From: Candidatus Oxydemutatoraceae bacterium
Lineage (GTDB): Bacteria > Pseudomonadota > Gammaproteobacteria > Poriferisulfidales > Oxydemutatoraceae
Reading direction: 5' to 3'
NCBI GenBank assembly: GCA_965220085.1
Contig: CBDCOZ010000003.1
Coordinates: 800,001-864,000 of the forward strand
DNA: 64,000 bases
Both the position numbers and the translations under genes were made by a program. How positions within the stretch are numbered: position 1 is the first letter of the stretch; each line of letters starts with the position of its first letter. The notes beneath the pieces were generated by a model. The model was given only the letters and a program-made list of their open reading frames with translations. It ran no database searches and was not told where the DNA came from. Positions 53,847 through 63,555 of this stretch are shown piece after piece.

Positions 53847-54829
53847 TGTTCCAGCCAGGCGGATAATGTTTTCAATTCTCCCGCCGCGACCACTTCGCGC
53901 CGCGCCAACTCTTCGTAAGCATTGCGCATATTAAAAGCAATATCCTTGTCGGAGCGCAACACCGGGTCTATCCACTCGACGATCCGCTCCGCATAGCGGT
54001 ACATTTTCATCTCTTGCTCCAGGTCATCTGTCAGATCGTGCGCGTTGCGCTTTTGGATCATCGTGGCCTTGGTAAAACCCAGTTGCTGCCCGCACAGCCA
54101 CATGATCGGTTGCGCGACCAAACTGCGCAGAATATCCGTGAAGCGGAACGTGACCGTGACCGGCAGATACAACAGCGCAAACAAAGACTTGGCGGTCGCG
54201 GTATTCTGCGAGTTAAAAGGCGAGAGGACGCCGCGCTCCAGCGCCACCGGAGGATGGTCGTTGAAGTAGCAAAACCTGCCGTCGCTCAAGCGATAGATCG
54301 CATCGACATCGGGGTCTTCATCCGCCAAACCCTGCCAGATGCCCACATTGCAATCCGCCGGCTCAAGCAAACGTTCTCGCAGTTTGAAGTCGCGCCGAAT
54401 CAGGTTGGGCGGCAACCCGCGCGGCCAAATTTTTTGCTCGCTGAACAGTTGATAGATGTTGACGAAACCGGCCTCGCCGCCCACAGCGGCATAGCGGCCT
54501 TGAAAATCGGGGAAAAGCCAGTCGCCGACGGGGATGTTATCGTCGTCGGTGTCGATGATCACCTCCGCTCCGAGTTCCATCGCATGCAAGTATGCGAACA
54601 TCTTTCGCGGATAGCAGTTTTCCGGCACCAGAGCCGCAAACGCCGGCCAGCGCTCGGCCTGCATCTGCGGCGACAGATAGTCCGCGCCCTCGCAGCGCCA
54701 CGATTCGGGAGTCGCATTATCGCCCGCCACCGCCAACCGACGGTCGGACATGGCGGCAATAGCGCGGATCGCTTCTGTCGGTTCGCTGATGCTGGTGATG
54801 GCGACTATGCGCTTATTGTTTTCTGTCAT
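53828..54829 (-). CDS. STELLO (DUF288) glycosyltransferase-family protein
   Basis: ITSI..PT, GD..TP..W, IIDTDDDN, WPRGLP, QGLADEDPDVDAIYRL, PFNSQNT, FRFTDILRS. Confidence 0.88.
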   Translation of the reverse strand: MTENNKRIVAITSISEPTEAIRAIAAMSDRRLAVAGDNATPESWRCEGADYLSPQMQAERWPAFAALVPENCYPRKMFAYLHAMELGAEVIIDTDDDNIPVGDWLFPDFQGRYAAVGGEAGFVNIYQLFSEQKIWPRGLPPNLIRRDFKLRERLLEPADCNVGIWQGLADEDPDVDAIYRLSDGRFCYFNDHPPVALERGVLSPFNSQNTATAKSLFALLYLPVTVTFRFTDILRSLVAQPIMWLCGQQLGFTKATMIQKRNAHDLTDDLEQEMKMYRYAERIVEWIDPVLRSDKDIAFNMRNAYEELARREVVAAGELKTLSAWLEQWATTT

Positions 54830-54855
54830 GTGCCGAGATTGTCGCGGGTGGCTCG

Positions 54856-56364
54856 CTATCGCAGCGGCCCCTCAAGGAACAGGCGCAACCGCAACCGCAG
54901 GTGCTCCACCAGATTGATGTTCATCGTGCGGGTTTCGGTGTTGGCGCCGCCATAGTTCATGGTGTAGGTGAAAGTGGCGAAGCCGGAGGTGGCGACGGAG
55001 TTGGCCGGGGGGTAATAGGTGAGATTTTCTATTCCAGTATCTTGTACGGAGTCGCCGTCTTCAACGGGCATTGGTCCCGCGCGAAATATGCCCTTGTTGG
55101 GCGCTATCGTGGAGACTATTCTGATGCTTCTCAGATTGCCAGTGGGATCGCCCGGGAATACGAAGTCAGACACCTTGAACCTGTAGGGCGCGTTTGCGCT
55201 GGCGGAGATCGCCACACTCACCGAATTGGCTCTGACGATGACGTTGCCGGCGGTGCACAGCGTGGGGGAAGCGGCGGCGGTGCCCTCGGAGTTGCCCAGA
55301 CCGTCAGTGAAACGAAGGCAGACGCGGATGTATCGGCCGACATGTTCCTGCCCGGGTGTGAAAGTGGCGGCGGTGGCCCCATTGATGTCGGTGTATGCGC
55401 TGGCCTGGGCGGCGGCGGATTGCCATTGCCACATCAGGTTTCTGGCGGGGAGGCCGTTGGCATCGGCTACGGTGCCGGTGCTGGCGGTCAGTTCCACACC
55501 CTGATTGTAGGCGGCGCCCGATGCCGCTGTCACCGCGGGCATACCGGTTGCCGCCGATTGCGTGGCTACCACCAGATCTATGGTGATGGTGCCCTCGTTG
55601 TCATCACTGACCCTCTGCGCTGTTCCTGATCCGGTGACAGTTCTGTAGTCAAAGCTGGCATAGTTTGCCATAGGCGTGGTGGGAGCGGGAGTGGGTAATG
55701 TGTATATGAAACCGGGGAAAGCGAAGCGGCTTATGGAAACTCCTCGGCCAGTAGCGCCTGCTGCGGCCAACTCAGTTGCAACTGCTGATGGCGTTAAATC
55801 TCCAAAACCAGCGGACAGTACGCCAACGCTAGATGCGGACTGCAAAAATATAGCGTTGGAAAAGGTATCGCCATCTTCATCGGTGAACGGGAAGTCACTC
55901 GCCTTAAAACTGTAAGTCGTGGTGCCCAGCGAAATGAAAATAGTGTTGTCCAGCGCAATCGGGTCATCTTGCACGTTGACCACGGCGGCGGCGGAGGTCC
56001 AGCATCGGATCTCGCGGTTGTTGGCGTTATCGGCGAATCTGGCACAGACGCGCAGAAACTTGCCGACATGTTCCTGCAACGGCGTGAAGGTAGCGGCAGT
56101 GGCTCCGGCTATGGCGGTGAAGTCGCCATCGGCGGCGTTGCCCTCCTGCCAGGCCCAGCTGGGCGTGAATGGGGATGGCAGCGTATTGGGGTCGGCTATG
56201 CTGCCCTTTGCTGCTATCAGCTCCGCATCCTCAGCGGGGGCGGCGGTGACCACCACCCCGCCAGCGGTGACCGTCGGTTCGCCGGTGGCGTTCTGTGCTT
56301 GCGCTTGAGCGCAGACAACAAACAGCGCTGGCAACAGAAGCGCCCAAAGGCTGCGCCGTATCAT
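54856..56364 (-). CDS. Secreted tail-family protein with four modules
   Basis: Signal ...FVVCAQAQAQNATG; alternating W.WQ/RVC and DF.F modules; ends HLRLRLRLFLEGPLR. Confidence 0.88.
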   Translation of the reverse strand: MIRRSLWALLLPALFVVCAQAQAQNATGEPTVTAGGVVVTAAPAEDAELIAAKGSIADPNTLPSPFTPSWAWQEGNAADGDFTAIAGATAATFTPLQEHVGKFLRVCARFADNANNREIRCWTSAAAVVNVQDDPIALDNTIFISLGTTTYSFKASDFPFTDEDGDTFSNAIFLQSASSVGVLSAGFGDLTPSAVATELAAAGATGRGVSISRFAFPGFIYTLPTPAPTTPMANYASFDYRTVTGSGTAQRVSDDNEGTITIDLVVATQSAATGMPAVTAASGAAYNQGVELTASTGTVADANGLPARNLMWQWQSAAAQASAYTDINGATAATFTPGQEHVGRYIRVCLRFTDGLGNSEGTAAASPTLCTAGNVIVRANSVSVAISASANAPYRFKVSDFVFPGDPTGNLRSIRIVSTIAPNKGIFRAGPMPVEDGDSVQDTGIENLTYYPPANSVATSGFATFTYTMNYGGANTETRTMNINLVEHLRLRLRLFLEGPLR

Positions 56365-56747
56365 CGTTGCTCCCCGCAGGAGTGAATTAATCTAAACATT
56401 CTTAGCATGGTTTTCCAAATCCCATCAATAAATAATACGCAAACAGCTGATGGAATGCAAGTAGTTTATGGAACACAAACAATTTAAAGAATCACAAACA
56501 ATGAAATTGTTTGTGCTCTTATCACTGTGCTCTTATCACTGTGCTCTCATCACCGCGCCTCACTAAATGTTATCTGCGTACCATAAACGATACGCAGATA
56601 ACTTAGTGTTATTATGCGTATTATACACATGATTCGCATACGCCCCGCAACCGGGCATTGATTCATTGTGCGGAATATCCCGCCCATCGGCATGGCCATG
56701 CCGATTCTCCCCAAGGCAAGCGGCACAAGCCTTGCGGATTGCTCGCG

Positions 56748-56822
56748 CTACCGCAACGGCCCCTCAAGAAACAGGCGCAACCGCAAGCGCAGGCGCTCCG
56801 TCAGACGCAGGCGCTCCGTCAT
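56748..56822 (-). other. Orphan tail mini-ORF MTERLRLTERLRLRLRLFLEGPLR
   Basis: Intact tail codons plus TAG, with an in-frame stop two codons upstream of the ATG and no attached domain. Confidence 0.8.
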
Positions 56823-56931
56823 AATTCATGACTAACGTTAGCGGGAATAATGAAGCGCTCAACTTCCCTTGAGACCCGCAACCTTGGGTCTGACCCTTTC
56901 CTTTGTTTTTATCTGCAGGAATATTCAGAGT

Positions 56932-57408
56932 TTAGACCCAGCAACATCTGGGGCATCCGCGCCTATCCGCATTCTCTCTAGTTGCAGGAGTAGCCAGAGA
57001 GTAATTACCCGGGACTGAGATAATCTTTCGCTGTCTCCGGTTGTTGGACGCCTCGCCATAGCGCGTCACCTTATCCTCTGTGCCGTAAGGGTAATGAGTA
57101 ATTCCATCCTTTCCAGTTGCAGGAAGAGGGGCCTGAAAACCTCGCGGCTGGCGCGCTTGTTTAGTGACGAAGTTCTGAGAGGGCAGTGTGAGACTCTCTC
57201 CCTTCCGATTGAGACCTAAAAGACGCAAATCTGAAATATCTGGCCCTAATTCTTTCAAATCTCATTCAGAACTTCCGGCGGCAGAACCTCCGGCGGCAGA
57301 ACCTCCGGCGGCAGAACCTCCGGCGGCAGAACCTCCGGCGGCAGAACCTCCGGCGACACACGGCAATGAAAAAAGTAACAATACGACAAAGAAAATTAAG
57401 CGTTTCAT
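56932..57408 (-). pseudogene. Signal peptide + (GSAAG)5 linker ORF interrupted by an in-frame TGA (57262-57264), continuing in frame for ~110 codons
   Basis: AGGAGG RBS; MKRLIFFVVLLLFSLPCVAG(GSAAG)5SSE-TGA-DLKELGPD...CPRCCWV. Confidence 0.55.
57267..57355. repeat. 15-bp VNTR gcagaacctccggcg x5 plus one degenerate copy
   Basis: Perfect copies at 57281-57355. Confidence 0.95.
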
Positions 57409-57643
57409 AACTTGCCTCCTAAGATACCGAAACAAAATTTATACAATGAGTTTCGGAAATGATGTGTCTGTGATGCCATGACATATCGGACACATGGGGC
57501 ACATGTTGTGTGCGTCATGGGCGCTTGATGCTTCGGCTCGCAGCGCGCTCCGTTCGTGGCGGTGTGAAACGATAACAGATACTTTGTCCGACGCTCATTG
57601 AATGCCCGCATGTCGGTCGGCAACAAGCTCTCTTCAAACTCCG

Positions 57644-58323
57644 CTCTGGCGTAGCTTTGCTACGCCGACTCTCTGCGAGGAAGGAGTATTGGTTGGTGCG
57701 AGTACCCTTCTCCGGCGTAGCTTTGCTACGCGCACTCCCCCGCGAGGGGAGAGTATTGGTTGGTGCGAGTGCCTCCTCTCCGGCGTAGCTTTGCTACGCG
57801 CACTCCCCCGCGAGGGGAAATGCTACATGGCGCGAGCGCTTTCTCCGCGAGGGGAGAGTATTGGTTGTACTCCCCCCTTGTGGGGAGTCGGCAAACCAAG
57901 GGCGAAGCCCGCAGGTTGCCGGAGAGGGGTGTGCTTCCGGCTTTCTTAGCGCAAGTGTTTCCCTCTCACCGCATCGTCCTTCGCCTGCGGCTCGGACTCT
58001 GCGACTCTCCCGCGAGGGGAGAGTATTGGTTGGCGCGAGCACCTCCTCTCTGGCGTAGCTTTGCTACGCGCACTCCCCCGCGAGGGGAGAGTATTGGTTG
58101 TACTTCCCCCTTGTGGGGGAGTCGGCAAACCAAGGGCGAAGCCCGCAGGTTGCCGGAGAGGGGTGTGCTTCCGGCTTTCTTAGCGCAAGTGTTTCCCTCT
58201 CACCGCATCGTCCTTCGCCTACGGCTCGGACTCTGCGACTCTCCCGCGAGGGGAGAGTATTGGTTGGCGCGAGCACCTCCTCTCTGGCGTAGCTTTGCTA
58301 CGCCGCCTCTCCCGCGAGGGGAG
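57644..58323. repeat. Cluster of palindromic REP/MITE-like elements including a ~234-bp direct repeat x2
   Basis: Recurrent gcgtagc-ttt-gctacgc and ctc(t/c)cccgcgaggggagag hairpins; gcccgcaggttgccggagagggg at 57907 and 58141. Confidence 0.85.
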
Positions 58324-58537
58324 CGTCATGACGGCACCCGTGCAAATGCTTCTTTGACGCTTCTTTGCGCAGAAAAATCACGCCGGGAATCGATGTAACA
58401 GACCGTTCGTCAGACAATTGAAACCGCCTGTCTATGAGTTGAGCATGGCCGCCCAAATGAGCGCTATTATCCGGCACGAAGGTTATTGACCATAACCTCT
58501 TAATTAGTATTATTATTACAACCCGGAGGGAATCATT

Positions 58538-59278
58538 ATGAAGAAACCAAAAGACTTAAAAGCGGAAGATGCAGCGGTTGTTGCTTATGGCTCCGTCGAG
58601 AACTTGACTGGCGCAGGCTTTGACAAAGAGAAAGCGCATGCGATTGCCAGCGAGCTATCCGCGCTGTTGCGCAAATACCTGAGCGCTCTGGCAACGAAAA
58701 GCGAATTTGCCGAGTTTAAATCAGCGATTAGAGAAAAAATTGCCGAGTTTGAGTCAGCGATTAGAGCGGAATTTGCCAAGCATGGGTCGGAAACCCAAAA
58801 AGAAACAGATGAGTTGAAAGCAACAGTAACTAAGTTGCAAGCAATGATAGCTGAGTCCGGAGCAAAAACCCAAAAAGACATAGATGAGTTGAAAGCAGCA
58901 GTAACTAAGTTGCAAGCAATGATAGCTGAGTCCGGGGCAAAAGCCCAAAAAGACACAGATGAGTTGAGAGTAATGATAGCTGAGTCCGGGGCAAAAACCC
59001 AAAAAGACACAGGTGAGTTGAAAGTAATGATAGCCGAGTCTAGGGCAAAAACCCAAAAAGACACAGGTGAGTTGAAAGTAATGATAGCCGAGTCTAGGGC
59101 AAAAACCCAAAAAGACACAGGTGAGTTGAGAGTAATGATAGCTGAGTCCGGGGCAAAAACTCAAAAAGAAATAAGTGAGCAAATAGCAAAAATCACAAAT
59201 CTGTTCGTGATGGCCTTCCTTGGGTTAGCGGCTCTTATTGTTGCGACGCTAACTATATTTGTTGCGCTCTCCGTTTAG
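58538..59278 (+). CDS. Coiled-coil protein with C-terminal TM anchor (DUF1640/CCDC90-like), internal 25-aa and 18-aa repeats
   Basis: L..AGF.KEKA.AI, LATK motif; MIAES.AK.QK x6; GGAGG RBS; lower GC. Confidence 0.75.
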   Translation: MKKPKDLKAEDAAVVAYGSVENLTGAGFDKEKAHAIASELSALLRKYLSALATKSEFAEFKSAIREKIAEFESAIRAEFAKHGSETQKETDELKATVTKLQAMIAESGAKTQKDIDELKAAVTKLQAMIAESGAKAQKDTDELRVMIAESGAKTQKDTGELKVMIAESRAKTQKDTGELKVMIAESRAKTQKDTGELRVMIAESGAKTQKEISEQIAKITNLFVMAFLGLAALIVATLTIFVALSV

Positions 59279-59306
59279 GCCTGTGCCGTATCTTGTTCGC
59301 GCCGAC

Positions 59307-59479
59307 AGAGAGGGGGTGTGCTTCCGGCTTTCTTAGCGCAAGTGTTTCCTCCTCACCGCATCGTCCTTCGCCTGCGGACTCTGCGACTCTCCCACGAGGG
59401 GAGAGTATTGGTTGGTGCGAGTGCCTCCTCTCTGGCGTAGCTTTGCTACGCGCACTCCCCCGCGAGGGGAGTGCTCGCG
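59307..59479. repeat. Further partial copy of the palindromic element, abutting the stop of the 59480 gene
   Basis: Matches about 57922-58090 (gtgcttccggctttcttagcgcaagtgtttcc...). Confidence 0.85.
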
Positions 59480-61036
59480 CTATCGCAGCGGCCCCTCAAG
59501 GAACAGGCGCAACCGCAAGCGCAGGTGTTCCACCAGATGTATGTTCATCGTGCGGGTTTCGGTGTTGCCTGTGCCGCGATAGTTCACGATGTAGGTGAAA
59601 GTGGCGAAGTTGGGGGCGGCGACGGAACTGTCCGGGGGGTAATAGATCAGATTTCCACTTCGTATCGAGTCCCCGCTTACAGTGAGGTTGTCTTCAATGG
59701 CTACTGAGTCTCGCAGGCGAAATATGCCCTTGCCGTCTGCTATGGAGGTGACTACGGGTACGCTTTCCAGATTGCCGGTGGGATCGTCCGGGAACATGAA
59801 GTCGGATGGCTTGAAAACGTAGGGCTCTGATTCGCTGGCGGTAATCGGCACACTCACCGAATTGGCTCTGGCGATGACGTTGCCGACGGAACAGCGCATC
59901 TCGGCGGTGCCTATGCCATCGGTGAAACGGAGGCAGACGCGGATGTATTGGCCGACCTGTGCCCGCCCGGGCGCGAAGGTGGCGGCGGTGGCTCCATTGA
60001 TGTTGGCATATGTGCTAGTGGCCGGGACGCCAGTGTCGGGGGCGGCGGCGAATTGCCACTGCCACATCAGGTTTCTGGCGGGGAGGCCGTTGGCATCGGC
60101 TACGGTGCCTATGTCGGCGGTTAGTTCCGCGCCCTCGTGATAGGCGATGCCCGATGCCGCTGTCACCGTCGCTGTGCCGGTTGCCGCCGATGCCGTCGGC
60201 GATATCAGATCTATGGTGATGGTGCGGGTTGCGCTGCTCTTGACATTGAAAACGCTCCCGCCAGTCCGCACCGTGAAATTAAAACTGGCATAGCCGGCCA
60301 TGGCCGCGGTGGCATCAGTGGGAGGAGTGTAGGTCAGGAGACGCGCATCCAGCTGTGCCGGCTGAATGGAAAGGCTCGGGCTAACCGTTGTTCCGGACAG
60401 ACTAAAAGCGCCTGCGGCGGGTACGGAGGAGCCAATTACTATGCGAAACAGGGCATCGCCATCTTCATCGGTAAACGGGAAGTCGTCCGCCGAGAAAGTA
60501 TAGCTGCCGCCCACCGGCACAAAGATGGTGTTGTTCGATGCAACCGGGGCATCATTGACATTGACCACAGCGGCGACGGAGGTCCAGCATCGGCTCTCCT
60601 GGTTGTCGACCGCATCCCTGAAGTTGGCGCAGACGCGCAGAAACTTGCCGACATGCTCTTGCAGGGGTGTGAAGGCGGCGGCGGTTGCCCCGGCGATGTT
60701 GGCGTAAGCGCCGTCCGTCGGGACGCCGCTGGTCGGGGCATCGGCTTGTTGCCACTGCCAAGTCGGCGTGAAAGTGGTGATGCTATCGGGGTCATTAATG
60801 TCGCCTCGGGCTGCTATCAGTTCCGCATCTTCAGCGGGAGCGGCGGTGACCGCCTGACCGCGGACAGTGACTGCCGGTTCGCCGGTGGCGTTCTGTGCTT
60901 GCGCTTGAGCGCAGACAACAAACAGGGCTGATAGAAGAAGTGGTAAGAGGCTATGCCGCGTTACCAGCGGCAACAAGAGGTTGCGCCGGGTTGGCGTCGC
61001 CTGCCCGCTCAGGCGAGGGGGGGGGGGGGTAGTCAT
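59480..61036 (-). CDS. Secreted tail-family protein, paralog of 54856..56364; probably phase-OFF from its RBS-linked start
   Basis: Long near-identical blocks with the 54856 gene; same tail; C13 tract at the 5' end. Confidence 0.85.
   Translation of the reverse strand: MTTPPPPRLSGQATPTRRNLLLPLVTRHSLLPLLLSALFVVCAQAQAQNATGEPAVTVRGQAVTAAPAEDAELIAARGDINDPDSITTFTPTWQWQQADAPTSGVPTDGAYANIAGATAAAFTPLQEHVGKFLRVCANFRDAVDNQESRCWTSVAAVVNVNDAPVASNNTIFVPVGGSYTFSADDFPFTDEDGDALFRIVIGSSVPAAGAFSLSGTTVSPSLSIQPAQLDARLLTYTPPTDATAAMAGYASFNFTVRTGGSVFNVKSSATRTITIDLISPTASAATGTATVTAASGIAYHEGAELTADIGTVADANGLPARNLMWQWQFAAAPDTGVPATSTYANINGATAATFAPGRAQVGQYIRVCLRFTDGIGTAEMRCSVGNVIARANSVSVPITASESEPYVFKPSDFMFPDDPTGNLESVPVVTSIADGKGIFRLRDSVAIEDNLTVSGDSIRSGNLIYYPPDSSVAAPNFATFTYIVNYRGTGNTETRTMNIHLVEHLRLRLRLFLEGPLR
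61017..61029 (-). repeat. Poly-C13 tract (G13 on +) in the 5' coding region
   Basis: Context aatgactacccc resembles aatactacccc of the C22 tract at 34349. Confidence 0.85.
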
Positions 61037-61208
61037 TATAGATATGACTGCTCATAAAACCTCTTCGGTTTGTAATACCTTTCCGGGTCATGCTATTTTT
61101 TTGTATCATGCTATTTCGTTGGCTCATCGTATTTTGTTGGTTCATGCTATTCCTCCTTAATGGCTTGAATCTCGCAAATGCACAGTGGTGCAATGCGCAC
61201 ATGTCGGC

Positions 61209-61236
61209 ACTATACCACAAAGTGCGAGTCATGCAA
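61209..61236 (-). promoter_or_regulatory. Putative sigma70 promoter (TTGCAT-16-TATAGT) of the 59480 gene
   Basis: Homologous to 34091-34118, sharing ctttgtggtatagtgc. Confidence 0.65.
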
Positions 61237-61480
61237 GCGTACCCTGCCTCGCCCTTTGCACACCCTGACATTCCCTCTCCGCTACGGCGGACTAACCCCA
61301 TTATTAGCGGGTATAGCGGCACAGCGGTGTCGCGCCGCTCGCCTGAATGGCGATGAAACATCGCGATTTTATAACGACTTCCGTTGTCGCCCGGAGCCGG
61401 AGAGTCCGACATATCGGTCGCGGTCGGTGGTTTGGGGTCATTTCTGTACAATTTTGAGCGGTTGATATAGTCTGGTGTTT

Positions 61481-61996
61481 ATGAAACATACTATCGGTAT
61501 TTTTATTCTCGGCGCGGTGCTCGGTTTTGCGGGCGGCGCCGGAGCGATGCTGTTTTTCTTTCCGTTTTTGTTTCCGCCGGCGCAGGTGAATGAAACGGTT
61601 GCTACGGCGGTCGCCGGCACACCGCGTTTGATCGGCGAGACCCGTCTTCGCGAAGGCGTGTCCGGGCAGGACCTCGCGCACTGGGGACGCGGGGGTATCC
61701 GTTTTTATCGCAGCGATGCCGAATCTGTCGTGGCGGAGTTTCAGCCCGATTTTGAAACCGGCCCCGGGCCGGATTATTGGCTCTACCTCAATAGCAAGTC
61801 TGCTATCGATAACGAAGCGGATTTTCTTGCCGATGCCGGTCGCATTCGGGTCGCACAGTTGAAGAGCTTTGCGGGGTCGCAGGTGTATATGCTTGAGGCG
61901 GGGCAGTTTGCCGAGGCCCAAGCATTAACCATCTGGTGTGAGAGCTTCGGTCAATACATCGCTTCCGCCGATATGCCGACTGCGATAGTTCGCTAA
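61481..61996 (+). CDS. DM13 domain protein
   Basis: N-terminal TM; D..HWG.G, GPGPDY.LYL, LKSF.GSQ.Y, IWCESFGQYI. Confidence 0.85.
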   Translation: MKHTIGIFILGAVLGFAGGAGAMLFFFPFLFPPAQVNETVATAVAGTPRLIGETRLREGVSGQDLAHWGRGGIRFYRSDAESVVAEFQPDFETGPGPDYWLYLNSKSAIDNEADFLADAGRIRVAQLKSFAGSQVYMLEAGQFAEAQALTIWCESFGQYIASADMPTAIVR

Positions 61997-62359
61997 CCGA
62001 CGGCCGTTCGTCAGGCGGTCGCTTTGGCGAGCGCTTGCTCTGTGTCGGCAATCAGATCATCTTTGTGCTCGATGCCGATGGCCGTTGGTCAATACATTGC
62101 TTCCGCCGACATGCCGACTGCGATAGTTCGCTGACCGACGGCCGTTCGTCAGGCGGTCGCTTTGGCGAGCGCTTGCTCTGTGTCGGCAATCAGATCATCT
62201 TTGTGCTCGATGCCGATGGCCGTCGGTCAATACATTGCTTCCGCCGATATGCCGGCTATGCAAGTTCGTTGACCGACGGCCGTTCGTCAGGCGGTCGCTT
62301 TGGCGAGCGCTTGCTCTATGTCGGCAATCAGATCGTCTTTGTGCTCGATGCCGATGGCC
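61949..62359. repeat. 138-bp tandem repeat x3 spanning the convergent DM13/metY 3' ends
   Basis: ggtcaatacat at 61949, 62087, 62225. Confidence 0.95.
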
Positions 62360-63555
62360 AGCCGCACGAGATCTTCGCTCACGCCCGCGGATTTGAGTTC
62401 GCTTTCGGACAACTGACGGTGGGTTGTCGTCGCGGGATGGCATGCGAGCGAACGGGCATCGCCGATGTTTACCAAGCGCAGGATCAACTGCAGGGCATCG
62501 ATAAACTTTGCGCCGGCCGCCTTGCCGCCGTCAATGCCGAAACTCAGTATGCCGGAGGCTTTGCCGCCCAAGTAGCGCTGGGTCAGCGCGTAATCGGGGT
62601 GATCGGGCAAGCCCGCATAGTTCACCCATGTCACTTTGGGGCGCTCGGCAAGCCATTGCGCGATCGCCAGCGCGTTGTCGCTGTGCCGCTCCATGCGCAG
62701 GGGCAGGGTCTCGACCCCTTGCAGGACCAAGAAGCTGTTGAACGGCGAGAGGGCAAAGCCGATATTCCGCAACGGCACGGTTCTGGAGCGAATGATGAAA
62801 GCCAACTCGCCCATCGCTTCGCTGTAGTTGACCCCGTGATACGAAGGGTCGGGTTCGTTCAGCGCCGGGTAACGTCGCGCGTGTTGCTTCCAGTCAAACT
62901 TGCCCGAGTCAACGATCACGCCGCCGATGCTGTTGCCGTGCCCGCCGAGATATTTGGTCAGGGAGTGGATGACGATATCGGCGCCGTGTTCAAACGGGCG
63001 GCACAAGTAAGGGGTCGGCACGGTGTTATCGACCATCAGCGCCACGCCTTCCTTGTGGCATATGTCGGCGATGGCGGCGAGGTCGGCGATGTTGCCCGCC
63101 GGATTGCCGAGCGATTCGCAGAACACCGCGGTGGTCTTGTCGTCGATGCTGCTTGCAATCTCATCTTCTTCGACGAGACGCACGTCTATCCCCAGTTGCG
63201 GCATCGTGTGGGCGAACAAATTGTAGGTGCCGCCGTAGAGCTTGTTCGTGGAGACGATGTTGTTGCCCTTGCCGCTGATAGTCAGAATCGCGCAAGTGAT
63301 TGCCGCCATCCCCGATGACAGCGCGAGTCCGCCGACGCCGCCTTCCATCGCACAGATGCGCTTTTCCAGCACATCGGTCGTGGGGTTCATGATGCGCGTG
63401 TAAATATTGCCCGCCCGCTTCAGGTCGAATAAATCCGCGCCGTGTTGGGTGTCTTCAAAAGTATAAGAAGTGGTTTGGTATATGGGCGTGACTGCTGCGC
63501 GGGTAGTTTGCTCAGTCTCGTACCCTTCGTGTATTGCAATGGTTTCTATTTTCAT
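62287..63555 (-). CDS. metY: O-acetylhomoserine aminocarboxypropyltransferase (sulfhydrylase)
   Basis: PIYQTTSY, IYTRIMNPT, HSLTKYLGGHG (PLP Lys), NIGDARSL..HPA.TTH.QL. Confidence 0.93.
   Translation of the reverse strand: MKIETIAIHEGYETEQTTRAAVTPIYQTTSYTFEDTQHGADLFDLKRAGNIYTRIMNPTTDVLEKRICAMEGGVGGLALSSGMAAITCAILTISGKGNNIVSTNKLYGGTYNLFAHTMPQLGIDVRLVEEDEIASSIDDKTTAVFCESLGNPAGNIADLAAIADICHKEGVALMVDNTVPTPYLCRPFEHGADIVIHSLTKYLGGHGNSIGGVIVDSGKFDWKQHARRYPALNEPDPSYHGVNYSEAMGELAFIIRSRTVPLRNIGFALSPFNSFLVLQGVETLPLRMERHSDNALAIAQWLAERPKVTWVNYAGLPDHPDYALTQRYLGGKASGILSFGIDGGKAAGAKFIDALQLILRLVNIGDARSLACHPATTTHRQLSESELKSAGVSEDLVRLAIGIEHKDDLIADIEQALAKATA

Noticed and set aside
57188-57481. Plus-strand ORF with PPAAE repeats
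   Set aside because: The minus strand has the RBS and signal peptide; this is likely its shadow
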